DNA of 64,000 bases from Eledone cirrhosa (GCA_964016885.1 OZ024743.1:166904001-166968000); one strand, 5' to 3'. Shown: positions 26,980 through 40,105, numbered from the stretch's first letter. Notes: generated from the sequence alone by a model not told the origin. Made by a program: numbers and translations.

Positions 26980-28239
26980 CAGAGTGTAACAGGTAAATTG
27001 GGACCAGTTTCAAATGGGTATATTTCTAATTCTATATATTTTGTTGGAGCCTAAATTTTAAATATTACCAGCTTGAATAATCACTTATTCATAATTTGTT
27101 CAATCTGAAATTTAAAAAAATCAGTATGTTAATAAAGAATGAAAATGTAGAAGTGTAATTGCTGAATTATTCTGCACAGGCTATGGGGATTGTTAGAGCC
27201 ACAAAGTATGTCAAATCTACTGTTTTTAGAATTTGAAGAAAAGTCAGGATGTTCAGAGAAAGCCTCACAGTCCCCGCAGTGATAAAAAACGCACACATCG
27301 TTTCTTAGCAGGACTTAAAGATTGATTGATTCAAACCCATCAAAATCGATGACTAAGTTGGTTCATGCTCGAGGAATCAGTAATGGCTGTGAGACAAGAC
27401 TTCCAGATGAAATCCTATGTGAGGAGACACCATAACATACTAACTACCTGTTCCAAAGCCATTTGAACTGAAAAGTCCCAAACTTCTTAGTCATTTGAAA
27501 TATCATTGCAAGATGTTTGCATCTTCTTAGATGAAAACAAGTTTGTGGTAGACGAAGTTGCAAACCGTCAAAACTCACAAGTGATAGCATATGACCCTTC
27601 CCAAGTTCCTTCAGCTATGCAAAGCAAGAATCCAGCTTCCATTATGGTCTTTGGAGCTATTGCAAGTGATGAGAAATTGATGCCTCCTCATTTTATTGAA
27701 GTGGGTCTTAAAATCAACACAGCAGAGTATCTCATTCTTACAAGTTTTGTTGCCTTGGATTAGGAAGTATTATGATGCAAGTCGAGTCATATTGAACAGG
27801 ACTCCGCATCTACCCATTCTTCAAAAAGAGTGCAAGAACTTTTGAAGAAGGAATTGGCCATGTTTGTCCCTAAAGATATCTGGTTCTCTAGCTCGCTAGA
27901 TTTGAATCCATGCGCTATGGGGTGCAGTTGAAGCAATATCGAATGCAACTTCTAACAACTGTGTGTCTTCACTGAAGGCTTCCATGAAGCAAGCATTTGG
28001 TAAGACAAAATAGTTAAGGTATGTGCATCATTTCGTAAATGGATTGAACTGGTAAAGAAAGCAAATGGCGGTCAGATTGAACTGGTAAAGAAAGCAAATG
28101 GTCACATTGAACTGAAATAAATGCTAAACACTTCACAATAAATTGGCATAAACATAAAATTTGCAGTGTTCGATTTTTCTGAGTTATACCAATTATAATA
28201 AAGATATTTAAATGGTCCCAATTTACCTATTACACCATG
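26980..28239 (+). mobile_element. Tc1/mariner superfamily element (maT, DD37D-like) with pseudogenised transposase
   Basis: TIRs cagagtgtaacaggtaaattgggacca / tggtcccaatttacctattacaccatg with TA flanks; remnants FLDENKF, IMVFGAI, QDSASTH, W.SSSLDLNP; spacing from the second D fits DD37D. Confidence 0.88.
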
Positions 28240-28299
28240 TATATATACATACATATATCACATATATATACATATATATATATATATATACACCCATAC

Positions 28300-28745
28300 G
28301 GATGTATACAAGGTGGTCATGCTGGTGACATGACACATAAGCACCCTGTAAACCCCATGAGGTAGTCATGTTGGGGACATGACATGAAGAACCCATCTCA
28401 CCCTGTAAAGTAGTCGTGTTGGTGGCATGACAGAATTCACCCAATGTTCCTGTGGAGTGGCCAGGCTGGTGACATGACAAGAGCACTCAGTCTGTCCTGT
28501 AAGGTGGTCAAGGCTGCGATGGTGACACATAAAAAAGCACCCAGCCCTATAGGGTGGTTGTGCCAATGACATGACACTAAATGCACAGACTACCCTGTAA
28601 AATGGAAATGATGGCAACAGGACAAAAGAATGCAGCCCAACTAAAGTGGTTGTTTTGGTGATGCAACAAAAGCGCCCAGTCAACACTGTAAAGTGGTCGT
28701 GTTGGTGACACAACAAAAAGTGCCCAGTTCACACTGTAAAGAGAA
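28300..28745 (+). repeat. Degenerate tandem array of RTE/SINE 3'-UTR subrepeats
   Basis: Repeated aaagcacccagtc...ctgtaaagtggtcgtgttggtgaca-like units. Confidence 0.6.
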
Positions 28746-29039
28746 TTTGAGAGAAAGTCAGCACACGTGAATAGAGCACTGAAAGCGAGGTGATAAAGAA
28801 AGTGAAGAAAATTAGCACCATGTGTTGAACATAGTAGCTGATACTAAAGCAACGAACATACACTTGCTTTAGTATTGAATGTCCCCCCCTCTCTCCTGTA
28901 TGACTAATCAACATGCCTGCTTTAATATTTAAATTTGCTCTCTCCTCTATTGGCTGCAGTAGATTTTGACATACAGTCTTTATATCTCTTCCATATGCGT
29001 ATATATGTCATAACCAGAACCCTTGAGGGGACTGCTGAT

Positions 29040-29345
29040 TAGTACAACTAATGAATCAAGACACTTTCCTCAAAATATCCAGAAGTACAATAATGCATTC
29101 CAAATGACATCATGATGGTGGCTTTATGTCCCTTTTCAAGATCCAAGGGGAAGTGTAACACAGAATTGCACCACTTCCTCCAGTTTCATAAGAACCAAAA
29201 TATTTACAACTGTATCTCATCAATGATATGAAAACCCAAACACAGACAAGGTATGAATGGAATAAAGAGACTAATTATGAAATCATATTGCAACTGAAAG
29301 ATATGTTACATAAAAGAAACAGCTATATTACTAAAGTTTTTAAAT
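29040..29345 (+). pseudogene. Helitron RepHel N-terminal fragment
   Basis: Degenerate translation resembling HFL..IRKYNNAFQMTS..FKIQG.V.HRI..L....PKYLQLY. Confidence 0.65.
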
Positions 29346-29607
29346 AAAAAAATTTTTTTTAACCCAAACAAGCTGGGTACTTCTGCTAATATATATATAC
29401 CGTCTAACCCATGCTAGCATGGAAAGTGGATGTTAAACGAGAATGATGATGATGATGATGATGATATATATATAAATTCGAGTGTGTTGGTTAATTTCCG
29501 ACACTTTAGTATGCAGGTAGAACACTCAAAGATGTGTGCAGGTGGGTCTGTTAAAAACAAGAAGTATAAGTCAACAAGTTAAAATTAACCTTGTTTATTC
29601 ATATTCA

Positions 29608-29664
29608 CTGGTATATATATTTCGGTGATAGGCATTATGCAACAGCTATGACCTCATCAGACAG
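29608..29664 (-). ncRNA. Minimal type I hammerhead ribozyme in a Penelope-like terminus
   Basis: Minus strand: ctgt-CTGATGA-ggtcatag...ctatcacc-GAAA-tatata-TA-ccag, followed by AATAAA. Confidence 0.7.
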
Positions 29665-30185
29665 CTAGAATTTCAACAGAAAAACAGAATGAAGGAATAA
29701 AGTTTACTTCTGTTATTTTGATTTTTTTTATATGCTCAGTGCTGAAATTTGGTGTTGTTTTCTCAGAGCACTGGTTGCATATCTCTTTATATATTTGAAA
29801 TTTTCAGTAACAACTCCAAAACATTCGCTTACAACCTTGGGAGTAGGAAGTTGTGGTAGTAGCATATTAACACTAATGCCACTAATACAGCTACATAGGT
29901 CTGTCATCTCAGAGACGATGAGGCAGTATAGCGGCATGCTGCTTCATTTGTCTCTGGGTCAAAATCTTAAACACAATTTATTTCTTCTCTGTTTTTTTCT
30001 TTGCTTGTTTCCATAAAGTTTACCATCATTCTGTTGGTAGTATACAATTTACAGCTGAAGATAACACTGGGTTATTATGCAATCAGCCCACTGCAATGTG
30101 CATAGTGTTTGCAAAAATAAATAATTAAGTAAATTCAACATATTTTGCCTCCTGTCATTTCACTATATAATATATATATATATAC

Positions 30186-30229
<44 letters not shown>

Positions 30230-30410
30230 ACATTAAGATGTAAATTATCCGCGTATTGTTCGTACTATCCGTTAGGGTATAATATGGGACTGTAATACAG
30301 GAAAGTTTTATGCAATTTGTGTTTACAAGCTGAAATTGCCTCAGATTTTTTGTTTAAGATGTGATCATTGGCGTAGAGTATTTCCATTATACGAGTAGGG
30401 TGGGAGTAGG

Positions 30411-32370
30411 GAAGAATATACAGCCGCTAAGAGAGAAGCTAGACGTCAGGTGTACTTAGCACGCAGGGAGGCTGAGAGTAGGAGGTTTGCCAATGTTCTG
30501 CGATGGGAAGATCAGAGGCGTGCGGTGTTCCACATTGCAAGGCAGGATGTTGTTGGAGAAAAATGTGTCCGGAATGATGCCGGTGTACTTAGTGTCACGA
30601 ATGATTAGAAAAAGGAGGCCTGGAAATGTCATTATGAGAGACTGATGAATGTGGAGAACGAATGGGAGAGAGAGAAATTACCCTCAGTAGATCCGACTGA
30701 GGGACCAGCTATTGAGATTGACGAATATAGGGTCCAAGAGGTGATTAAGGAAATGAAAAATGGTAAGGCTGCTGGACCATCGGGAATAGTTGCTGAGATG
30801 CTGAAGGCATCATTGGACGTAGGTACTAAACTGGTTGCATGCATCATCAATCAGGCTATATATGGTGGTGTCATACCCAAAGACTGGTGCAGCAGTATTC
30901 TCATAAATTGCTACAAAGGTAAAGGGGATGCTCTGGAGAGGAGCAATTATAGGGGTATAAAACTGTTGGATCAGGTTATGAAAATGGCAGAAAGGATATT
31001 AACACAACTAATTAGAGAAAGGGTCAAACTAGATGAGATTCAGTTTGGTTTTGTGCCTGGGAAGAGTACAACAGATGCCCTCTTCTTGGTGAGACAATTG
31101 CAAGAGAGGTTCTTAGAGAAAAATAAGCCACTATACTTAGCCTTTGTTGGCCTAGAGAAGGCCTTTGATAGGGTACCCCGATCTGTCATCTGGTGGTCCC
31201 TAAGGAAACTAGGTGTTGAGGAATGGCTTGTGAGGACAGTGCAAACTTTGTACAGAGGTACAGTCAGTAAAGTCAGGGTAGGAATGGAGTTTAGTGAGGA
31301 ATTCCAGATACAAGTAGGAGTACATCAAGGTTCGGTTCGGTCCTCAGCCCGCTCTTATTCATTATAGTCCTCCAAGCCATAACAGAGGAGTTTAAGACTG
31401 GCTGTCCATGGGAATTTCTCTATGCTGATGATCTGGTTCTTATAGCAGAATCAGTAGAGGGGCTAGAGAATAAATTCTGGCTATGGAAACAGCAGTTGGA
31501 AGCAAGAGGACTGAGAGTGAACCTAGCTAAGACAAAAGTGTTAATGAGTAGAAAAGAGGACAAAACTCTGATTCCGTCAGAAAAGGAACTGGCATAAATT
31601 CTATAAAATGCACACAATGCAGATCCTGGGTACACAAGAGATGTAGCGGGAGAGCAGGCAAACTAATAGGTAGGGAGAAATATGTATGCAGTAGATGTAC
31701 AGGGAAATTAGACAGTAGAAGTCACATTGATAGACACATTTTTCAAATGCAGGAGGGTGCTATAGAAGTGGTGGATAGCTTCCGGTACCTAGGAGATCAG
31801 ATTAGCATGGGAAGGGGGGGGGGGTCCGAGGCCATAGTATCTAGAATAAGGACGGGTTGGAAGAAGTTTAGGGAGCTGCTTCCTCCGCTGATGAAGAAGG
31901 CTTTTCCCTGCGTACGAAAGGCCGGTTATATGATGCCTGTGCGAGGAGTGTGATGCTGCATGGTAGTGAGACATGGGCAGCAACTGCAGAGGATATGTGA
32001 CGGCTGGAGAGAAATGAGGCAAGCATGCTCCGTTGGATGTGCAGTGTAAATGTGCGTGAACGACCCAGCATGAATGTATTGAGAGAGAAACTGTGTCTGA
32101 GAGGGATAGAATGTAGTGTACGGGAGAGGAGACTGAGGTGGTATGGACATGTGATGTGCATGGAGGATGACCAATGGGTGAAGAAGTGGCAGGAAATGCC
32201 AGTTGAAGGAAGACGTGATAGAGTAAACCATGAAAAACATAGGCAGAGGTGGTGAGAACAGACCTCAGATCGCTGAAGCTTACGGTGGAGATGACGAAGG
32301 ACCATGACAAGTGGAGAGATGCTGTGCTGAATAAGACCCGTCCCACGCAGGGAAGAGCGGACGTAAAATT
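30411..32370 (+). mobile_element. 5'-truncated RTE LINE (RT to 3' end)
   Basis: ORF 30645..31367 is near-identical to 8113..9312, including the AFVGLEKAF variant. Confidence 0.92.
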
Positions 32371-32422
32371 TTTTCCTGCTGATTCAATAATCTATATCGT
32401 CTTACGTCTAGAGGGGGAGTAT

Positions 32423-32799
32423 TGTAGAGACCTACATTCCGCGGGCTCACATACATTCTCTGTGCGTCATTAGGCTCAGCTCAGCCAATCAGAGCCAGTA
32501 GAAGAGAATGTATCTCTATGCGCCCTGAGGGAAAAGTTCCCGCCTTGATTTGAAGAATCAGCCTCTCGCTTCCTGTCTGTGAAAAGGTAAACACCTAACT
32601 TTCTTTCGTCGTGAAATCACTAGCCAACATGTAACACAACAACTTAACCACAGTCTGGCAACACTTCAGCCAGTGGACCATGTCTTCTGAAATCCTTAAT
32701 TCATTGTTTCATCTCTCTTGGCATGTCAGCTATTCAGCTCTACTCAGCTCAATCTTCGTAAATAAATATTGTACTTACAACCCAGTGTCCTGTTATACA
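32423..32799 (+). mobile_element. LTR-retrotransposon 3' LTR preceded by a polypurine tract
   Basis: gagggggag PPT just upstream; termini TGTA...TACA; CCAAT inside; AATAAA at 32761. Confidence 0.6.
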
Positions 32800-35700
32800 T
32801 GCAATCTCTCCATTACGCGAGCGCTGCATAAGCTTATGCAAGTCATTTGCAGATTTTTCTCCCAGTTGCTGGGCCTCCATTCTATTTTGCTTCTTGCTAT
32901 ACTGTTCTATAATATTTCTAAGTTTACAGTCGACACTGATGAATTATCGATATTACAGCTACCACCTAAATATGCCACATATAATAAGGTAAATATGATA
33001 AAATGCTTGTCAGAAATAGAAAAATCATTTACAAAATTACGTTGGAGCCTCATAAACAAAAACAAAAACAAAAGTAACAACATACACACACACACACATA
33101 CAACAGACATCCCAACAACAACAGACACACAGACACAAACAACGATAATAACAACAACACACACATCAACAATAACATACTCAGAGACAACAACAGACAC
33201 ACTGACACAAACAACAATAACAACAACACACAACAATAATAACATACACAGAGACAACAACAACATACATCAACAACAGCACACATCAACAACAACAACA
33301 ACACACACACATTCTATGTCTCTCACCACCACCACAATCTTAACAAACACACAGACAGAGAAAATAGGTAATGATAGTAACACAGAAGTAAGGGAAGGTA
33401 ATGGGATTGAAAGGAGAAGGGAGACTATCGATACTGACAGAGAAAATAACCAGGAGGAACACACAGACACACAAAATAGAGTAGATAATAACAATGAGCC
33501 AGAGGAAAGAGACAAGAGTAACAATGAGAGACATAGAAACAACCATGAGGCTGTTGGTGGAAATAGAAATAGAGACAACACAACTAACAATAACAATAGC
33601 ATTAGTACACATAAAGCAGCAGCCTGGAATTCTACTTTTTATAATCCTTCCGATATGTCCTTCGACCTACGACGAGTCCACGCCACAACGTTAGCTTTTA
33701 ACAAACGCATACAATTGCCGTCGCAGGCCGATGAACAAACAGAAGCACAATTTAGTATAGCTAGATCTAAACTTAGAAATATTATAGAACAGTATAGCAA
33801 GAAGCAAAATAGAATGGAGGCCCAGCAACTGGGAGAAAAATCTGCAAATGGCTTGCGTAAGCTCATGCAGCGCTCGCGTAATGGAGAGATTGTATGCTTT
33901 CCAACAGACAAGTCTGGCAGAATGTCGGTTGACAGTCTGTCAAACAACACCCAGGCAATGCAAGCCCACATCACTAACACTACAAGAGCATGAGGATAGG
34001 GAGAAAACCCTCAATGTCCATATGATGATGTGGACAAACATAATGCAGCCCAATAAAAGGACTGCCAACAACTTCCAGGCCTAACAATGACATGCCAGTG
34101 TTGTATGGGCTTCGAAAAGATCATAAGATGAGCAGTGACCCTGTCACAGGACCACCAACACGGCCAGTCTGTGGAGTTAACATTGCTAGTAAATACAGAC
34201 TTTCCTACATTCTCTCCCTGATCATACGCCCCATCATTGAAATGTCCCCAGATAAATGTGACAGCACGGAGGACCTCCTCAGCAGAATCAGCGAAAATAA
34301 CTGATCTAGGGACCTAACAGACTGTATAATAGGTAGTATGGATGTTGTGTCCCTATATTCATCTATTGATGTGGATTTTGCTGTGGAGAAATACGTAGAA
34401 ATGATCAGTGAGAGCAATGTTGAATTCCGTGGAATTGATGCCAGTGAGCTGGGACTCCTACTTAAACTTACCTATAGTAATTATTATCTAGATACATATG
34501 ACCTTAGCAACCTGTGCCCTACAAGACCAGCAAGAGGCAGACCACCTACCATTACCTCAATGGCCAAGAAAACCCACACAGAAAGATGGAACGAGTGGAC
34601 CAGAGCCATACGGACCCCCGAAAATCACGATGAACTAAAGAAAATGATTGCACATGTGGTGGGGCCAGTATAAAACTAACCCTTAAGGAACATATGTTCA
34701 AATTTAATGGAAAAACATATGCCCAAGAGGAGGGAGCAGCTATTGGTGTTAGCATTGCTCGTGACATAGCTAACCTATTCATGGTATGGTGCGACAATAA
34801 ACTTAAACTTAAAGAACAATCAGAAGACAGCAACTTCTTAACCCTGATAATGTACTCCCGCTACGTTGATGATATAAACATCGTAGTAAAAACACCCCCA
34901 CTAGAAAACAGTCAGGAACTAGAGAAATACACCATGGAAAGCATCCAGCAAATAGCTAACTCCATCCACCAGAGTATTAGAGTTACTATAGACTACCCCA
35001 GCAAACACCCCAACCATCGATTACCTGTACTAGACACAGAGCTCTGGTTAGAAACCATTAATAACAAAAAACAAATCCTCCATTCCCATTATGCCAAACC
35101 TATGACTTCCAAATATCTGATCCACCGAAACTCAGCTGTTTCGGATCACACCAAAATCAACATACTGATTGCGGATTTGGTACGGTTGATGAGAAACGTG
35201 TCCCGCATGTGCAACCCCAAAGAACTAAAGAGACACATACAACACTTCATCCACCGTATGCAGTTCTCTGGTTACAATCAGAGAGATAAAATCAGAGTAT
35301 ATAGAGGACCCAGAACCAAATGGGAAAAAATGGTAAATAATGATACAAATGGAACCTGCCCCTTGTATAGGAGCAAATTTTGGAATAGAATAGAAAGAAC
35401 TAGGAATAAGGTTAATAGAATAAACTCATGGTATGATAGCAATAAATACCAGAGTGTAATGTTCATCAATACAACCCCTAGAGGTGAATTAGCTTACAAA
35501 TTTAGAAGGGCCCTAGATAAACTTAAACTTAATATTAAGATAGTAGAAAGACCAGGTACCTCCATAAAAACACTTATTAGCAATACATACCCTTTTCAAA
35601 GACCTCCTTGTATAGATCAGAAATGCATAATCTGTAAACTAAGCCCCCATATTAACTGTAAAACTAGAAATGTAGTATATAGCATAACATGTACTGAAGG

Positions 35701-36365
35701 ACAATGTAAAGATAAGAATATAGTGTACATAGGTGAGACAGCTCGTAGTATAGGAGAACGGTTAAATGAATACTGGTGAGAACTTCAAGATAAAAAAGAA
35801 TCATCAATACTCCACCAACATGCTAAAATAGAACATAGAAATAAAATAGAATGTACACACAGAAAAGACGCAATGCTTAGACAAATCACAGAAGCAATAA
35901 ACATAAAAGAATTACAACCAAAATTAAATAGAAAACATGAGTGGAACAGCAACATCACAACTTACAATTAAGGGCAAAATGAAAACACACACACATAGAA
36001 CAAACAACCAACCAGTAACATGTAAATAAAAAAAAAAATAAACAAATAAAAACACACACAGACACCCGGATGTAACACATGCGCAAACTAAGCACACAAC
36101 ACACACAAAAACAAGATGGTGTAGGACAGAACAAAGGAGAAGCACAAAACAAAGAAAATAATCCCCAGTCACTGAAGAGGTCACAGAATGTGTGACGAAA
36201 GAACTTTGACAATCTATGAACAACCGTCCGGTTATGGAACCAACCAACCAACCAACCGGAAATTTATAAATTCTTAAATTTATAAATTTAATTTATAATA
36301 AATTGGAGTGAAAGCAACTAATGCGTGTGTTTCTTATTGGCAACATGACCCTCCCAAAGCATAAC
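32800..36365 (+). mobile_element. Penelope-like element (RT + GIY-YIG), frameshifted, with inverted 5' segment
   Basis: PTDKSG, LYGLRKDHK..TRPV, MDVVSLY, GAAIG, YSRYVDD, LPVLD, VVYSITC..YIGETARSIGERL; 32800-32926 is an inverted copy of about 33768-33895. Confidence 0.92.
36168..36210 (+). ncRNA. Minimal type I hammerhead ribozyme in the Penelope 3' terminus
   Basis: gtca-CTGAAGA-g-gtcaca(gaatg)tgtgac-GAAA-gaac-TT-tgac. Confidence 0.75.
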
Positions 36366-36624
36366 TATATATATATATATATATATATGGGATAACAAGT
36401 TATCGTTATAGGTAATCCAGTTAGAGGTTATGAGTACTTTGTATTGTGGATAGTTTTAACGTACAGCATTCTTTGACTCAATAATAGGTTTCTTTCGTTA
36501 GGTAGTGAGTTGGCGAGAACTCCTATGCAGGTTATTCTTGGAGTAATAATAGTGAAAGCTTGAAAAATAACATGGCCGGCTGTACAAAAAGGTTTTATTT
36601 CTAGTATTAACAATAGTGTCCACT

Positions 36625-38250
36625 ATTTCTATAGAACCATCTAGACAATAGGAGTTAGTATCCTGTGGGCACTTGCTACTTATTGCACCTGAGCATCAGC
36701 CACATATAAAATCTACGTTCTTACCTGTGATCCCACTACATCTTTTATGCACCCATAGTTTGCATTTGGGACATAAAATGGAATTTCTGCCTACTTCTTT
36801 CCTACACACTGAGCATGGCCATTTCCCAGAGGCTACCTGAGCCCTATTTTCCTTTCTACATACTAGAACTTTAGTCTTAGACAAGTTAACTTTAAGGCCT
36901 TTTGATCCTAGGCCATGCTTCCATGTTTGGAATTTCTTCTCTAGTTCAGCCATCGATTCAGCTATGAGAGTTTGATCATCTGCATATAGAATTTCCCATG
37001 GGCAGCCGGTCTTGAACTCCTCTATTATAGCCTGAAAGGCAATAATAAATAGGAGGGGGCTAAGGACAGAGCCTTGATGGACACCAACTTTTACACTAAA
37101 TTCTTCACTATATTCGTTGTTAACTCTAACCTTGCTTGTATAGCTCTCACAAGCCATTCATCTACACCTAGTTTTCTAAGAGCCCACCGGATAATGGAGT
37201 AGGGGACTCTGTCAAAGGGTTTCTCCAAGTCTACAAAAGCTAAGTATAGGGGTTTCCTTTTAGCTAGGTACTTCTCCTGTAGTTGTCGTACAAGGAAAAG
37301 AGCGTCTGTGATAATTTTACCTGACACAAACCCAAACTGCATTTCATCTAGATCAATTCGCTCTCTGATTAGTTGCGCTATAAGTCTTTCTGTGAACTTC
37401 ATGACCTGGTCAACTAATTTAATGCCTCTATAGTTTCCCCTATCTAGGGCATCTCCTTTACCCTTGTAGCAGTTCATGATGATGCTGCTACGCCAGTCAT
37501 TTGGTATGACCCCATTCTGTATGACTTGGTTTACTATCCGGGTGACCATAGTGTCTCCCACCATTCCAGATGCTTTCAGAATTTCAGCAACTATCTCTGA
37601 AGGCCCAACTGCCTTGCCTGTCTTCATATCTTTGATTGCCTTACTTATTATACTACCTTTAACTTGCATTGCTGGTCCCTCTTTTGGATCAATTTGGGGC
37701 AGACTATCTTTTTCTCATTTATTCTCCTCATTTAGTAGTCTCTCGTAGTAACACTTCCAAGCTACTTTCTTATCAGCATCAGTGATAAGTACACCATCAT
37801 CATTACGGACACACTTCTCCCCAACAATATCACGGTTTTCCTTGACACATTGTCTTGCAATCCTGAACACCTCACGTTTTTGGTCCTCGCGTTGTAAAAC
37901 ATGCTTGAACTTTCTTTCCTCTGCTTCCCTTCTTGCAAAGTACACTTATCTCCTAGCTTCTCTCCTGGCCACTTGATAGTGTTCTCTACTTCTCCCATCC
38001 CACCATACTTTCCAAGCCTGCTTTTTGGCCTTGATTGACTCCTCCACCTTACTGTTCCACCAGCAAGTTACTCTCCTCCTGCTTATAGGTCTGCTCCAGC
38101 CACAGATTTTATCTGTTGCCTTCAGCAGGTTAACTTTCAGGAATTCCCACTCTTCCTCTATATTGTACGTCTCTAATTGCTCTTCCTTACTGTCAAAAGC
38201 ATCAAGTAATAAGCTTTTAAATTTGTTACTGGCTGTGGGGTCCTTTAACT
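36625..38250 (-). mobile_element. RTE LINE internal fragment (linker and RT)
   Basis: ORFs 37091..37669 and 36696..37157 (QGSVLSP, YADD). Confidence 0.9.
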
Positions 38251-38865
38251 TTTATTTATGCCTATTTAGAGTCTAATCTCTCTTTTTTCTCTCGGATTTT
38301 CAATTAATATTTCACATGTTTTTAATAATATGCCTCATTCTGTTTGGACCCTTCCTAAAAACTAACCTTCTCCTAAAGTTACCCCATAGTTATTATTATT
38401 ATTATTCTAGAATTTTCCTTTCCTCACTCCCTCTCTATACGCTTGCACCTTCTCAGCCCCCCCCCCCCCTCTTCTCTCCGCAAGTATATAATAAACCCTG
38501 TAGGGTTCTAAGGCCAGAATTTATATCTATCTAATCTCTCTTTACGGTCGATTTGTCGATTTAAGAAATGTAAGCAGAAGACTTGTCTTTCCATTTTTCA
38601 TAGTCCATTTGACCAGTGTCATTTAAACTTTTATTTATGCCCATTTAGAATCTAATCTTTCTTTTTTTCTCTCGAATTTTCAATTAATATTTTACATGTT
38701 TTTAATAATATGCCTCATTCCGTTTGGACCCTTCCTAAAAACTAACCTTCTCCTAAAGTTACCCATTTCCCGCACACCACCATTGCTATTTGGTCCAATC
38801 ATATCTCAGCGGTTTATAGTAAGCTCTCTTACAAATCTGTATAGCAAAGCTACCGCTGATTAAGT
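38245..38865 (+). mobile_element. Two partial copies of an RTE 5' UTR
   Basis: acttttatttatgcc..ctaaaaactaaccttctcctaaagttacc repeated; also precedes the APE at 43110-43560. Confidence 0.65.
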
Positions 38866-38919
38866 TGTCTAAAAATTGGTGAACACTTGAAGCTGTGCCA
38901 CTAAATTTTAAATACGTTG

Positions 38920-39520
38920 TTAGCTTAACCAGATCATCAGAGAAACAGTTTCTCTGATGATCTGGTTAAGCTAATCGAACTTCTCATCATTGGTAGATGC
39001 TACATCAGGGTGGTCAAAGAAGAAGGCTCTCCATCTAATTCGCTCAATGAACTCGTCTGTATGTCTGATGAGTGATTTTTAAGTATTGTTTCCTTGAAGG
39101 GATCGGGATGTTTTTCATGGAGACATCGCGGTCGAGTTTGGTAAGCATGGTTTCTTGCAGAGGGTTAAGAGGGGCACAAAGAGTGCTAAAAGATAAGTTT
39201 ATCCCGGGTTCAATCGGGGGTAACTGCAGTAAGTAAGGTACTCAATACAAAGCAGAGTATAAATATTTAATATAGAAAAGCTTCTGCAGGACTAGAAGTG
39301 TTTCATTCGTGAGAAATCGTCAGGTAGCTGACTGTCCAAGTAATATGGTGGTATTCATATCTTTTCTGGTGGTAGGAGAGGGTGGTGATTGGGATGGGTG
39401 GAGGGCATTGGCTGATGGGTTTAAAGAAAAGGGAATTCTTTAAAAGATATATTTAGAGTAACAAAGGCAGAAAGACTTCTATAAACAAGTTCAAACTGGG
39501 AGTGCCACTCCTTATTTTTG
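38920..39520 (-). mobile_element. Penelope-like element 5' remnant with terminal repeat and a 55-bp palindrome at the break
   Basis: Minus-strand SMKNIPIPSRKQY..EFIERIRWRAFFF (PLE N-terminal motif); palindrome 38920-38974; degenerate hammerhead-like motif at 39292-39327. Confidence 0.7.
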
Positions 39521-39628
39521 AGGTTCTCTTAAGCTAACAATGCCAATAGTCAGGTGTCTACAAGCACATTTGCACACATATATAAAGTCCTTACTCCCAC
39601 ACACTCGCAAAAACACACTCTTATACCC

Positions 39629-39683
<55 letters not shown>

Positions 39684-40105
39684 GCCGTCGAAACGGCTTG
39701 AGCACTGCCGTCAGGGTCATACTTTTCCCTATATATATATACATGCTTGCTACACGTGTAACTATTGCACACACTAACTGCTTCTGACTATCCTATCGCA
39801 TTAATTTCATGTTGTATTTTAACTTTAATTTTAATTTTATCCTCTTTTGATATGACTGTAATCTTTAAATGTATACTGCCACGCTAAATGTTATAATGGA
39901 TGTCAACCCACCAAGCAACAATATTTGCATATGTTTCTGTATATCTCTTGGGTTGAAAAGGAGGTCATGTATGTGATCATTCATTAATAAATTGCTCCGA
40001 AGAATCCAAACCTCGGTTTGGAGGAAACAACTGTAAGCATATAAATGATTTGAACAGAACTTTGATTCTTATAACTTATACATATATATATATATACATA
40101 TACAT

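Noticed and set aside
30300-30350. Additional hammerhead-like remnants here and near 12145-12200 and 36440-36505
   Set aside because: Cores too degenerate to support a call
32680-33993. 437-aa ORF as a host gene
   Set aside because: Chimera of LTR end, inverted Penelope piece and Penelope N-terminus with a low-complexity insert
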